DNA of 64,000 bases from the NCBI GenBank assembly GCA_043809585.1, contig JBDROZ010000070.1:15122-79121 (forward strand). The letters run 5' to 3'. The stretch is from Candidatus Eiseniibacteriota bacterium (lineage in GTDB: Bacteria > Orphanbacterota > Orphanbacteria > Orphanbacterales > Orphanbacteraceae). Of the stretch, positions 9,706 to 18,539 are shown piece after piece. Within the stretch, counting starts at the first letter, position 1. Each line of letters begins with the position of its first letter. A program made the position numbers and the translations under genes. The notes below the pieces were generated by a model. That model searched no databases, was not told the DNA's origin, and saw only the letters and a list, made by a program, of their open reading frames with translations.

Positions 9706-11247
9706 ATGCTTCTCGCGTGGGCCCTCGCGCTCCTCCTCGCCATCCCCGCGGGGGCGGACGAGGGGGGGCGCTTCTCGATCGACCTCGCCGAGAGGCACGA
9801 TATCCGGTTCCTCGGCGAGGATGAGGAGGACGAGATGGGTGTCCAGGTCCGCTTCGGGGACCTCGACGGCGATGGGTACGACGACGTGATCCTCGGCGCC
9901 TGGCTCGCCGACGGTCCGCGCAACCAGAGGGCCCGGTGCGGCGAGGTGTATGTCTACTTCGGCGGGGTCGTGGAGAAGAAGGGAGCGGCCTCCCTCGGCG
10001 CTTCGGTGATCTACGGCGCCGAGGCGAAAAGCCGGATCGGCTCCGCGGCGGACACGGGAGACTACGACGGAGACGGTGTCACCGACCTCCTGATCGGCGC
10101 CCGTTACTCCGACGGACCCGCCGACTCCCTCCGCCTCCGCTCCGGCGAGGCCTTCCTCCTGCTCGGCGGCTCCGACGGCTCGGCGAAACGCGTCGTCGAC
10201 CTTCGCCGCCATCCCGACGCGGTCATCGTGGGGCGCTTCGAGGGGGACCGGCTCGGGCGCCGCATCGTCGTGGAGGATCTCGACCGGGACGGCAAGGACG
10301 ACCTCCTCGTCGCCGCCGTGGGATCGGCCGGACGGGACACGGAGCGCCGCGACGCGGGGGCGGTCTACGTGATCTACGGCTCCCGCCGGGCCGACCTCGA
10401 GGGCCGCTTGGACCTTTCCCTCGCCGAGACTCCGGCCCTCCACGGCGCGGACGAATCGGACGCCCTCGGGAACGCCATGACCGTCGGCGATTGGAACGGC
10501 GACGACCTTCCCGATCTCTTCCTCGGATGCGGTTTCGCCGACGGGCCCGCCAACGGCCGGACCAACGGGGGGGAGGTCTTCGTCCTCTTCGGCGACGGCC
10601 TCCGCTTCCAAGGGGAACGGGTGGTCGAGGAGGGAACGGACTTCACCATCTACGGGGCCGAGCCGTACGACGGCGCGGGCATCGCGATCGCCGCCGGCGA
10701 CTTCGACGGCGACGGCTTGGACGACATCGCCGTGGGCGCGAGCCTCGGCGACGGTCCGGACAACTCCCGGGACAACTGCGGCGAAGTGTATCTCCTCTTC
10801 GGAGGCACGGGGACCCGCCCCGGCGACTCGATCGACCTCGCCGCGGGGGCGGACATCACATTCTTCGGCGTCGCCCCGGGGGACCAGCTCGGATCGGTTC
10901 TCCATCTCTTCGACTGGAACGGGGACGGCTACCAAGACCTGATCGTCTCCTCCCTCCTCCACGACGGACCAGGCGGCCGGCGCGTGGACGCCGGCATGGT
11001 GTACGCCACCCTCGGCGGGCGACAGTCGGCGCTCCGGCCCTTCATCGATTATGCCGGGGAGGAGGCGAATCTAATGCTCCTCGGGCCCACCCGGGGGGAC
11101 AAGATCGCGACTCTCCTCGAGGACGGGCTCATCGACGGAGCGGCGCGGCTGATCGCGGGCACCATGCTCGGCGACGGTCCGAACGACGAGCGGCGGGACT
11201 CGGGGGAGATCTACCTTCTCCCGTGGAAGCCGGGGGCGGAAGATTGA
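9706..11247 (+). CDS. Secreted FG-GAP (integrin-alpha beta-propeller) repeat protein
   Basis: Signal peptide MLLAWALALLLAIPAGA followed by ~7 repeats of the D-x-D/N-G-DG-x-DD...G-A..DG motif (DLDGDGYDDVILGAWLADGP, DYDGDGVTDLLIGARYSDGP, DFDGDGLDDIAVGASLGDGP etc.). Confidence 0.6.
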   Translation: MLLAWALALLLAIPAGADEGGRFSIDLAERHDIRFLGEDEEDEMGVQVRFGDLDGDGYDDVILGAWLADGPRNQRARCGEVYVYFGGVVEKKGAASLGASVIYGAEAKSRIGSAADTGDYDGDGVTDLLIGARYSDGPADSLRLRSGEAFLLLGGSDGSAKRVVDLRRHPDAVIVGRFEGDRLGRRIVVEDLDRDGKDDLLVAAVGSAGRDTERRDAGAVYVIYGSRRADLEGRLDLSLAETPALHGADESDALGNAMTVGDWNGDDLPDLFLGCGFADGPANGRTNGGEVFVLFGDGLRFQGERVVEEGTDFTIYGAEPYDGAGIAIAAGDFDGDGLDDIAVGASLGDGPDNSRDNCGEVYLLFGGTGTRPGDSIDLAAGADITFFGVAPGDQLGSVLHLFDWNGDGYQDLIVSSLLHDGPGGRRVDAGMVYATLGGRQSALRPFIDYAGEEANLMLLGPTRGDKIATLLEDGLIDGAARLIAGTMLGDGPNDERRDSGEIYLLPWKPGAED

Positions 11248-13277
11248 GCCCGTCCCCCGCGAGCATCGATCCGGAATCTCCGGTCCACTTTCTCCCCGGC
11301 ATCGGCCCGGCCCGTTCCGAGGATCTCGCGACGAGGGGGATCGCCACGGTCGGAGACCTCCTCCGCCTCTTTCCGCGGGAGTACATCCTTCCGGGGGAGC
11401 GGCGAAAGGTCGCCGAGGTCTCCGAAGGGGAAACGGCGGTTCTCGACGTCCGCCTCGAATCGATCCGGCTGCTCCGGCGGGGCTGGCGGCGGTCGGTGGT
11501 CGATGCGCGCGTCGCGGACGAGACCGGTTCCGCCCGCTGCCTCTGGTTCCACGCCGCCTATCTCGCCAAGTCCTTGAAGCCCGGCGCCCGGCTCCTCCTC
11601 AAGGGATCCCTCGGCGGGAAGCCGCCCGCCTTCCTCCATCCCCGATTCGAGGTGGTGCGGGACGGGGAGGAGTCCGAGTTCGAGCGGATCGTCTCAAGGT
11701 ACCCCTCCATTCCCCGGCTCCCTCCGCGCACGCTCCGGCGGGCGATCCGGTACGCCCTCGAACGGCTGCCGGCCGGGGAGGACCCCCTCCCGGAGGACCT
11801 TCGTGCGAAGCACGGCCTGCCCGAGTGGACCGAGTCCCTCCGGTCCGTGCACCGTCCCGAGGGGCCGGAGGAAGCCGCCCGGGCGAGGCGCCGCTTCGTC
11901 TTCGAAGAGCTCTACCGCCTGCAGTCCGCATTCGCCGCCGCGACCCGGTCCCGCGCGGAGGCGCGCGCCCCCCACGCCCATCCGGAACCGGGCCGGTTCT
12001 ACGAGCCCTTCTTGAAAGGTCTCCCGTTTCGCCTCACCGGGGATCAGGAGAGGAGCCTCCGGGAGATCCGGGCCGATCTCGAGTCGGGCCGTCCCATGGA
12101 GAGGCTTCTCGTGGGCGACGTCGGATCGGGAAAGACCGTCGTCGCCGCCGCCGCCATGGCGTGGGCCGCCGGGCACGGCGGGCAGGCGGCGCTCCTCGCG
12201 CCGACGGAAGTGCTCGCGCGCCAGCACCACCGCGTGCTCGAGGCCGCCTTCGGCCCCCTCGGCGCGAGTCCGGCCCTCCTGACGGGCGACCTCCCCGCGG
12301 CGGAGGCGCGGCGGGTGCGTGAGAGGATCGCTTCGGGAGAGGAACTCCTCGTCGTCGGCACCCACGCGCTCCTCCAGGAAACGACACGCTTTCATGATCT
12401 CGCCCTCGCGGTCGTCGACGAGCAGCACCGCTTCGGGGTGAGGCAGCGGGGCATTCTCCCCGGGAAAGGGGACAAGGCCCACTTCCTTCTTCTCTCGGCG
12501 ACTCCCATCCCTCGTTCCCTCGCCCTCACCTTGTACGGCGATCTCGACCTCTCCGTCATCAAGACGCTCCCGCCGGGGCGAAAGCCGGTGGAGACGAAGC
12601 GGGTGGCGGACAAGGGGGCGAAGGAGGCGTACGAGCGGCTGCGGGAGCGGGTGGACGCCGGGGAGCAGGGGTTCGTTCTCTTCCCCCTCGTCGAGGAAGA
12701 CGAGGCGGAGGACGCGCCCGAGGGTCCGAAGGCGGCGGTGCAGGCGGCGGACAAGCTCGCGAGGGGGTTCTTCCGGGGCCGCTCCGTGGGACTCCTGCAC
12801 GGGCGTCTTCCCGCGCCGGAACGGATCGAAACGATCGACAGGCTGCGACGGGGAGAGATCGACGTTCTCGTCGCCACCACGGTGGTCGAAGTGGGCGTCG
12901 ATCTCCCCCGGGCGACGGTGATGATCATCGAGAACGCCGACCGGTTCGGTCTCTCCCAGCTTCACCAGATCCGCGGCCGCGTCGGGAGGAGCGATCTCCC
13001 TTCGTGGTGTTACCTCGTGACGCGCGGACCGTTCACGCCCCAGGCGGAGGAACGCCTCGCCGTCCTCGAATCGGAGCGGGACGGCTTCCGGATCGCCGAG
13101 GAGGACCTCCGGCTCCGGGGCACGGGGGACCTTCTCGGGGAGCGGCAGCACGGACCTCTCGGCCTCGGCGCGGCGGACCTGATCCGCGACGCCGATCTGC
13201 TCGAGATCGCGCGGGCCGAGGCTTTCGCCCGCGGCCCCTCGGAGGGCCCCCTTCCCCGCCCTCCCCGGGCCGGATGA
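11244..13277 (+). CDS. recG: ATP-dependent DNA helicase RecG
   Basis: Wedge-domain N-terminus (LPGIGPARSEDLATRGIATVGDLLRLFPREY), Walker A GDVGSGKTVVA, DExH (VVDEQHRFG) and helicase C-terminal motifs. Likely TTG start at 11244 overlapping the upstream stop; the upstream 430 aa of ORF 9936..13277 are an alternative frame of the FG-GAP gene. Confidence 0.8.
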   Translation: MSPSPASIDPESPVHFLPGIGPARSEDLATRGIATVGDLLRLFPREYILPGERRKVAEVSEGETAVLDVRLESIRLLRRGWRRSVVDARVADETGSARCLWFHAAYLAKSLKPGARLLLKGSLGGKPPAFLHPRFEVVRDGEESEFERIVSRYPSIPRLPPRTLRRAIRYALERLPAGEDPLPEDLRAKHGLPEWTESLRSVHRPEGPEEAARARRRFVFEELYRLQSAFAAATRSRAEARAPHAHPEPGRFYEPFLKGLPFRLTGDQERSLREIRADLESGRPMERLLVGDVGSGKTVVAAAAMAWAAGHGGQAALLAPTEVLARQHHRVLEAAFGPLGASPALLTGDLPAAEARRVRERIASGEELLVVGTHALLQETTRFHDLALAVVDEQHRFGVRQRGILPGKGDKAHFLLLSATPIPRSLALTLYGDLDLSVIKTLPPGRKPVETKRVADKGAKEAYERLRERVDAGEQGFVLFPLVEEDEAEDAPEGPKAAVQAADKLARGFFRGRSVGLLHGRLPAPERIETIDRLRRGEIDVLVATTVVEVGVDLPRATVMIIENADRFGLSQLHQIRGRVGRSDLPSWCYLVTRGPFTPQAEERLAVLESERDGFRIAEEDLRLRGTGDLLGERQHGPLGLGAADLIRDADLLEIARAEAFARGPSEGPLPRPPRAG

Positions 13278-13406
13278 TCGAGTGGTTCTCCTTGACCGGT
13301 CGGTTCCGATCCCCTACGCTCCGAGGGTTGGCGGACGCTCCCACCGTCTCATCTCTCTGTCATCCATCCGTTCCCCGGTGGGATTCGCGGCCGGAAAGGC
13401 GGACCC

Positions 13407-13820
13407 ATGGCGACGGAGAAGATAGTCAAGTGCCGTGTCCGGCGACCCGACGTGTCGGACGCACCCTCCAGCCCGCGCTTCGTCCCCCTCGACATCTTCA
13501 ACCTCTGGAAGTTCCTGATGGAAGAGCGGCACCGGTTCGAGGTGTTCGGCCCGAAAGCGTCCCTCTGGTTCGAGCGGGGGGCGGCGACCGAGTCGAGCTA
13601 TGTGGGCATCGAGTACGAGCCGGTGACGCAGGTGGAGCTCTTCTACTTCGCCGAAGAGGACGACATGCTCCACCAGGAGGTCCGCTACTTCCCCTCCGGC
13701 GACGAGGAAGAGTACGACCACATCAAACACGCCTTCACCGCCCACTACCGCAACCACAAGACCCGCGGCGACGGCGATCCGAAGCTGAACGAAAACCCCG
13801 GCGTCTTCATAAAACGATAA
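13407..13820 (+). CDS. Hypothetical acidic protein (137 aa)
   Basis: Clean ORF with ATG, no recognisable motif; somewhat lower GC than its surroundings; convergent with the S8 protease gene. Confidence 0.35.
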   Translation: MATEKIVKCRVRRPDVSDAPSSPRFVPLDIFNLWKFLMEERHRFEVFGPKASLWFERGAATESSYVGIEYEPVTQVELFYFAEEDDMLHQEVRYFPSGDEEEYDHIKHAFTAHYRNHKTRGDGDPKLNENPGVFIKR

Positions 13821-13823
13821 AGG

Positions 13824-16442
13824 CTATCGCAGCAGAGTCAACCTCTGGGTGAGTACCTCCGTCCCCTTCGTGAGGCGGGCGAAGTAAACGCCGGAGGCGA
13901 CCTCTTCCCCCCCGGGCCCCGTGCCGTCCCAGATCTCTTCGTACGAACCGGCGGAGAGGGTCTCGTTCAGGAGAACCCGGACCCGGCGGCCTTGGAGCGA
14001 GTAGATCTCGAGGGTCACCGGCGACGGTTCGGGGAGGTCGAACCGGAGGTGGGTGATCGGATTGAACGGGTTCGGCCGCGCCGGGTGGAGCCGGAAGAGT
14101 GCCGGGACGTCCCCTCCGATCGGCACGGCGGTGGCCCCGCCGCCGGTCGCGGCGCTCGAGGCGGCGCCGGGCGAGTAGTTGTGGAAGCGGTCGTAGGCGA
14201 ACGCGGCGTAGTGATAGCGCGTGCCGGGGAAAAGCCCCCGGTCCGTGAGCGTCGATCCGCCCGACGTGTCGACGACGACGAGATCGCCCGGGAGCGGATC
14301 GCCCGCCGCATAGGTCTCGCCGTCGTCCGGCCCCCACATGACGGCGGCCGAGCTCCGGACGAGAAGGACGCCCGCCCCGTCCGCCTCGTCCGGCGGCGCC
14401 CAGAGGAGGCCGATGGTCGTGTCGTCCACCGTAGTCGCCTCGAGAGAGTCGGGCGGGTCCGGAGCCCGTGTGTCGATGCCGACGAGGGAGAAGGTCTGAC
14501 TCGTCCCGACAGGCACGTTTCCGCCCGTGACCCGGGCGGTCCATGTCCCTTCCTGGGGAGAGAGGGCCACGACCTGTTCCACGTTGTTCAGGTGATCGAC
14601 GCCGGTCACGGCCGACGCCGCCGGGTTGGACGGGTCGAGCACGGATGGGTACGCGGGGGGGGCCGTCGGCGGTAGGAGCAAGAGGTCGAGATCGTTCACG
14701 AGGGCCGGATTCGCGAGGGGGGTTCCGGCCGGGTCGTCCCAAACCAGGGTGACCTTCAGCTCCGGGAATCCGGCGGGTACCGGGAACGTCCACTCCCGGA
14801 CGCCGCCGTCGGAGACGCTGTCCTCGATCACCGTGGCGAACCGGACGCGATCGGCCGCACGCTTCACGTTCATCCGCCCGTAGCCGAACCGGTAGTCCGG
14901 TCCCGGGTTGCCGAGGTCGTCCGCCGTCCCGAGGAGCAGGGCCTTCAGCGTCGAGGGCCACGGCGGACTCCCGACGGCCCCCCACGTCTCGAGGAGGAGG
15001 GCCACGGCCCCCGAGACGGCCGGAGTCGCCATCGACGTCCCGCAGTAGTAGGCCGAACCGTAGGTGTCGCCGGACCAGGTCGACCAGATCGAGTAGTTGT
15101 AGTTCGACTGGCAGCCGCCGGCGACGATGTCCGGCTTCACCCGGCCGTCGTCCACGGGGCCGTATCCGGAGAACGTGGTCATGGACGAGTTGTTCGTGTT
15201 GACGGCGCCGACGGTGATCACGTTCTTCGCCGTCCCCGGCGGGGGAACGCAGGCGTATCCGCTCCGGGCGGCGATCCCGCAGTCGCCGTCGTTCCGCTCG
15301 TTCCCCGCGGCGACGACGATGGGGATCCGCTTTCCGAAGTAGCCCGCCACCACGGCGTCGAACTCGGGGGCGTAGCCGTCGTAGTCGCCGTAGAAGTAGC
15401 AGTTGTTCCACGCCGTCTGATCGACGTCGAGCACCCACGAGTTGGACGTGAGGTCCACGTCGTAAGCGGTGATGGCCGACCCGTACTCGCCGGGGATGTC
15501 GCCGTAGTAGTCGTACGAGAGCATCGAGCAGTCCGGCGCGACCCCGCGCCACTGGTTCGGCAGCGCGCCGAACAGGGCGGACCGCGCCCCCGACCCCCCG
15601 AGGGTCCCGGCCACATGGGTGGCGTGATCGGACGTCGGCGCGCCGGTGTCCACCACGAGCAGACGGCCGCCGAAGTCGGAGTGGGCGGCGATGGGGCCGC
15701 CGTCCCAGATGCCCGCCGTCACACCCGATCCGAGGATCGACAGGGGCGCGGCATGGACCGAATCGACGTTGCCGTTCTCCCGGATGCCGTCGTTCGCCGG
15801 CACCGGGGGGGGAAGGGGGGCCCCGATCCAGAGGACCTCGTCTTTCGCGGCGAGTGAGTCGAGGGCCGTCACCGGGAGGTTCGCGTCGAACCCGTGGAAG
15901 ACGGTCCTCCCGAGAACCGGAGTCCCCCCGGCCCGGGAGATGATGGTCGCCCCCTCGTAGAGGTCCACGTCCTCGTGAAACCGGACCCGGAGGGGAATGG
16001 CCCCCGCTTTCTTCCCGAGCGCCTCTTCCGCGACGGCCGGCGCGATCTTCGCCTTCACCGGGATCGTTCCGACCCAGCGGATCTCCTCGGGAGGGAGGGC
16101 GGCCCAGTCCGCCCCGCCATCCACGGAGACGATCCACGTGTCCCGGGGGAGATAGGCGAGCAGCGAGAACCCGGCCCGCCGGAGGCGGTCCCGGTCCGGT
16201 TTCGTGTGGAACTGGAAGAGCAGCCGCCGGTTCCCCTCCGAAGCGAGCCTCCGCCCCTCGGCGGCGGCTTCGGGCAGGCTCGCCGGGGTCATCGTCCCCG
16301 CCCCCTTCCATTGGATCCGGTAACTGGGCGGGGGGGAGGCGCTTCCGGGGGGCGTGGGGTCCTCCGGGTTCCTCCCCACGGCGGCGGCCGCGAGGAGGAC
16401 GAGAAAGACCACGGAAAACCCGGCGAGCCTCGCAGAATGCAC
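13824..16442 (-). CDS. Secreted subtilisin-like serine protease (S8) with C-terminal T9SS-type / FlgD-Ig-like sorting domain
   Basis: Subtilase catalytic motifs (VVDTG... Asp, HATHVAGT... His, GTSMATPAVSGA... Ser) and a C-terminal PNPFNPITHLRFDLP...LEIYSLQGRRV...GSYEEIWDG...SGVYFARL sorting domain. GTG start at 16442 precedes the signal peptide VHSARLAGFSVVFLVLLAAAAVG. Confidence 0.75.
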   Translation of the reverse strand: MHSARLAGFSVVFLVLLAAAAVGRNPEDPTPPGSASPPPSYRIQWKGAGTMTPASLPEAAAEGRRLASEGNRRLLFQFHTKPDRDRLRRAGFSLLAYLPRDTWIVSVDGGADWAALPPEEIRWVGTIPVKAKIAPAVAEEALGKKAGAIPLRVRFHEDVDLYEGATIISRAGGTPVLGRTVFHGFDANLPVTALDSLAAKDEVLWIGAPLPPPVPANDGIRENGNVDSVHAAPLSILGSGVTAGIWDGGPIAAHSDFGGRLLVVDTGAPTSDHATHVAGTLGGSGARSALFGALPNQWRGVAPDCSMLSYDYYGDIPGEYGSAITAYDVDLTSNSWVLDVDQTAWNNCYFYGDYDGYAPEFDAVVAGYFGKRIPIVVAAGNERNDGDCGIAARSGYACVPPPGTAKNVITVGAVNTNNSSMTTFSGYGPVDDGRVKPDIVAGGCQSNYNYSIWSTWSGDTYGSAYYCGTSMATPAVSGAVALLLETWGAVGSPPWPSTLKALLLGTADDLGNPGPDYRFGYGRMNVKRAADRVRFATVIEDSVSDGGVREWTFPVPAGFPELKVTLVWDDPAGTPLANPALVNDLDLLLLPPTAPPAYPSVLDPSNPAASAVTGVDHLNNVEQVVALSPQEGTWTARVTGGNVPVGTSQTFSLVGIDTRAPDPPDSLEATTVDDTTIGLLWAPPDEADGAGVLLVRSSAAVMWGPDDGETYAAGDPLPGDLVVVDTSGGSTLTDRGLFPGTRYHYAAFAYDRFHNYSPGAASSAATGGGATAVPIGGDVPALFRLHPARPNPFNPITHLRFDLPEPSPVTLEIYSLQGRRVRVLLNETLSAGSYEEIWDGTGPGGEEVASGVYFARLTKGTEVLTQRLTLLR

Positions 16443-16576
16443 GGCCGAGGAGTGCGATTCGCCCCCTCGCCGGAACCGCCGCGGGCGTACCCGGGCCCTC
16501 CCCGAGAGACCTCTGCTAAAGCCTCGGTATCTCAACAAGTTCCGATCGTCCTCCGGGCCCGGAGACGGGCCCTTCC

Positions 16577-16591
16577 TGGCATGAGACTTGC
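16577..16591 (+). promoter_or_regulatory. Candidate sigma-54 promoter TGGCAT-gagac-TTGCC upstream of mglA-like gene
   Basis: TGGCAT at 16577-16582, TTGC at 16588-16591, exact GG-N10-GC spacing; predicted TSS ~16603, ATG at 16651. Confidence 0.45.
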
Positions 16592-16650
16592 CCTGATTTT
16601 GAACTCCCAACTTGCAAGGTTTGCGCCGAACGCGATCGGAGGCTTTGAAC

Positions 16651-17892
16651 ATGGTGGTTTTCAACTACAGCGGCAAAGAGATCAACGCGAAGATCGTTTA
16701 CTACGGGCCGGGGCTTTCGGGAAAGACCACGAACCTCGAGCGGATCTACGGTCACGTGCCGGAGCAGCGCCGGGGGAAGATGGTCTCCATGAAGACCCGG
16801 AGCGACCGGACCCTATTCTTCGACTTCCTCCCCGTGAACGCCGGGGAGATCCGCGGGTTCCGAACCCGATTCCTCCTCTACACCGTTCCGGGTCAGGTCC
16901 ACTACAACGCGACCCGGAAGCTGGTCCTGAAGGGGACGGACGCGATCATCTTCGTCGCCGATTCCGATCCCGCCCTCCGGCAGGCGAACATCGAGAGTAT
17001 GCAGAACCTCGAACAGAATCTCGCCGAATACCAGCTCTCGGTCGAGAAGATCCCCGTGATCCTCCAGTTCAACAAGCGGGACCTGCCGAACGCCCTCACG
17101 CCGGAGGAACTGAACGGGGACCTGAACCGTCACGGGTGGCCCTGGTTCCAGGCGGTGGCCGTGAGCAACGAGGGCGTGTGGGAGACGTTCCGGGCCGCCA
17201 CGCGGGCGCTCTTCGAGAGCCTGGAGCGCACCCTCGGCGGCGAAGAGAAGGGGAAGAAGAGAGCGGGGGGGACCCCGGCCCCCGCCGAACCGGAAACCGC
17301 GAAGAAAGAGAAAGCCCCGGCGGATCCGCGGTTCCAGCCGAGCGCGCCGGTCTACGACGTGGGGGGCACGGTGGACGACGTGGTTCGCCTCTCCGACTCG
17401 CTGAAGTCGTGGAGCGCGGACGTCGCCGCCGGGCCCGAAAAGACGGACGATGCGGTCCCGGCCGCCGGGCCCGCCGAACGGGGGGAGGCGAGGGATGGCC
17501 GCTGGGAAGACCCGCTTGCGGGCGAGGGGCGCGCTCTGGGGGGAATCGACGATGGCGGGGGCAACGATCTTCCGGCGAAGCCGGCCCCACCCGCGGAGCT
17601 CGTCCCTTCCGACGATCCTGTTCCGCTGGCCGAGGGGACTTCCCCGGGGGATGGGGAGCGGAGCTCGACCCCGGGGGTCGAGGTAGCGGCCGCTCCCGAG
17701 CCGCGGCCCGCCGCGCCGGCCCGAGCGCCGGACGGCGTGGTTCGGGTCCCGGTCGAGATCGACGCGGGGAGCGGCCGGGTTCGGCTGGAAATCGCCCTCG
17801 AGATCCGTTTTGTCTCCTCCGACGCCCCGAAAGCGGCGGAACCGGAGGGGGAGCCGGCGGGCTCCCTTGACCACGAACCGGCCTGGTCGTAG
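16651..17892 (+). CDS. mglA: MglA-like Ras-family small GTPase with ~215-aa low-complexity C-terminal extension
   Basis: MVVFNYSGKEINAKIVYYGPGLSGKTTNLERIY...TRSDRTLFFDFLPVNAGEIRGFRTRFLLYTVPGQVHYNATRKLVLKGTDAIIFVADS...ILQFNKRDLPNA aligns almost position-by-position with Myxococcus MglA (P-loop, switch regions, NKxD). After ~residue 200 comes a Pro/Ala/Glu/Gly-rich tail that continues to the stop at 17892. Confidence 0.75.
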   Translation: MVVFNYSGKEINAKIVYYGPGLSGKTTNLERIYGHVPEQRRGKMVSMKTRSDRTLFFDFLPVNAGEIRGFRTRFLLYTVPGQVHYNATRKLVLKGTDAIIFVADSDPALRQANIESMQNLEQNLAEYQLSVEKIPVILQFNKRDLPNALTPEELNGDLNRHGWPWFQAVAVSNEGVWETFRAATRALFESLERTLGGEEKGKKRAGGTPAPAEPETAKKEKAPADPRFQPSAPVYDVGGTVDDVVRLSDSLKSWSADVAAGPEKTDDAVPAAGPAERGEARDGRWEDPLAGEGRALGGIDDGGGNDLPAKPAPPAELVPSDDPVPLAEGTSPGDGERSSTPGVEVAAAPEPRPAAPARAPDGVVRVPVEIDAGSGRVRLEIALEIRFVSSDAPKAAEPEGEPAGSLDHEPAWS

Positions 17893-17938
17893 AATCGAAC
17901 CGTCCGACATCGCCGGGGTGTCATGCCCCGGAAGGAGG

Positions 17939-18418
17939 ATGCTCGTGCGGTCGATTCCGGTCCTGATCGCTCTTTTCGCGACGTTCTCTCCCGGCTTCGC
18001 CGGCGAACTCCCCTACGGGGGGGTGGGCGGCTCGGGAGAGAGCGTTTTTCAATATCCGAGCCGGGGGATGCTCGGCATCCTCGACCCGGCGAAGCTCTCC
18101 GTGTCCCACGAGATGTCTTATTTCTACTCGACCGGCTCGGGAAGCGTGCCGGGGGGCGGCCTCGGTCTCTACCAGAACCGTCTCACCTATCAGGTGGCCG
18201 ACCCCCTCCGGATCACCCTGCACCTCGGGTACCAGTTCGCCTCGCCCGTCGGGTCCACGTACGGGGGCGATCAGTCGGCGAACGCATTCCTTCCCGGTCT
18301 CTCGATCTCTTACCGGCCGACGGAAAACACGCTGGTCCGGTTCGACTACCGGCAACTCCCCGGCGCCTACTCCGCCTACCGGCCCTGGTCTCTCCGGGAG
18401 CCGTACCCCGTCGACTGA
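17939..18418 (+). CDS. Small secreted beta-strand-rich protein (possible small outer-membrane barrel)
   Basis: Strong SD GGAAGGAGG before ATG 17939, signal peptide MLVRSIPVLIALFATFSPGFAG, Gly/Tyr-rich alternating hydrophobic pattern. Confidence 0.45.
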   Translation: MLVRSIPVLIALFATFSPGFAGELPYGGVGGSGESVFQYPSRGMLGILDPAKLSVSHEMSYFYSTGSGSVPGGGLGLYQNRLTYQVADPLRITLHLGYQFASPVGSTYGGDQSANAFLPGLSISYRPTENTLVRFDYRQLPGAYSAYRPWSLREPYPVD

Positions 18419-18539
18419 CCCATCCCCCCCCGATTACCGATCCCGGCTTGACTTGGCCCGGCTCCGTGGGCTAAACCAGGAACAGGGTGTCGCGGGGACG
18501 GCGCGGTCGGAAGGGCCGTCCCGAACGGAGGTGAATGCC

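Noticed and set aside
9936-13277. 1113-codon ORF suggesting a giant RecG fusion
   Set aside because: Its N-terminal ~435 codons are an alternative frame of the FG-GAP gene (Arg/Pro/Gly-rich). RecG homology begins only after the FG-GAP stop, with a TTG at 11244.
15894-17870. 658-codon plus-strand ORF overlapping the S8 protease (antisense) and mglA (alternative frame)
   Set aside because: Arg/Gly/Pro-rich, no motif, conflicts with two well-supported genes.
17885-17910. tRNA-like GAATCGAACC (T-loop-like, reverse strand) after mglA
   Set aside because: Flanking sequence cannot form a T-stem, acceptor stem or anticodon arm; no cloverleaf can be drawn.
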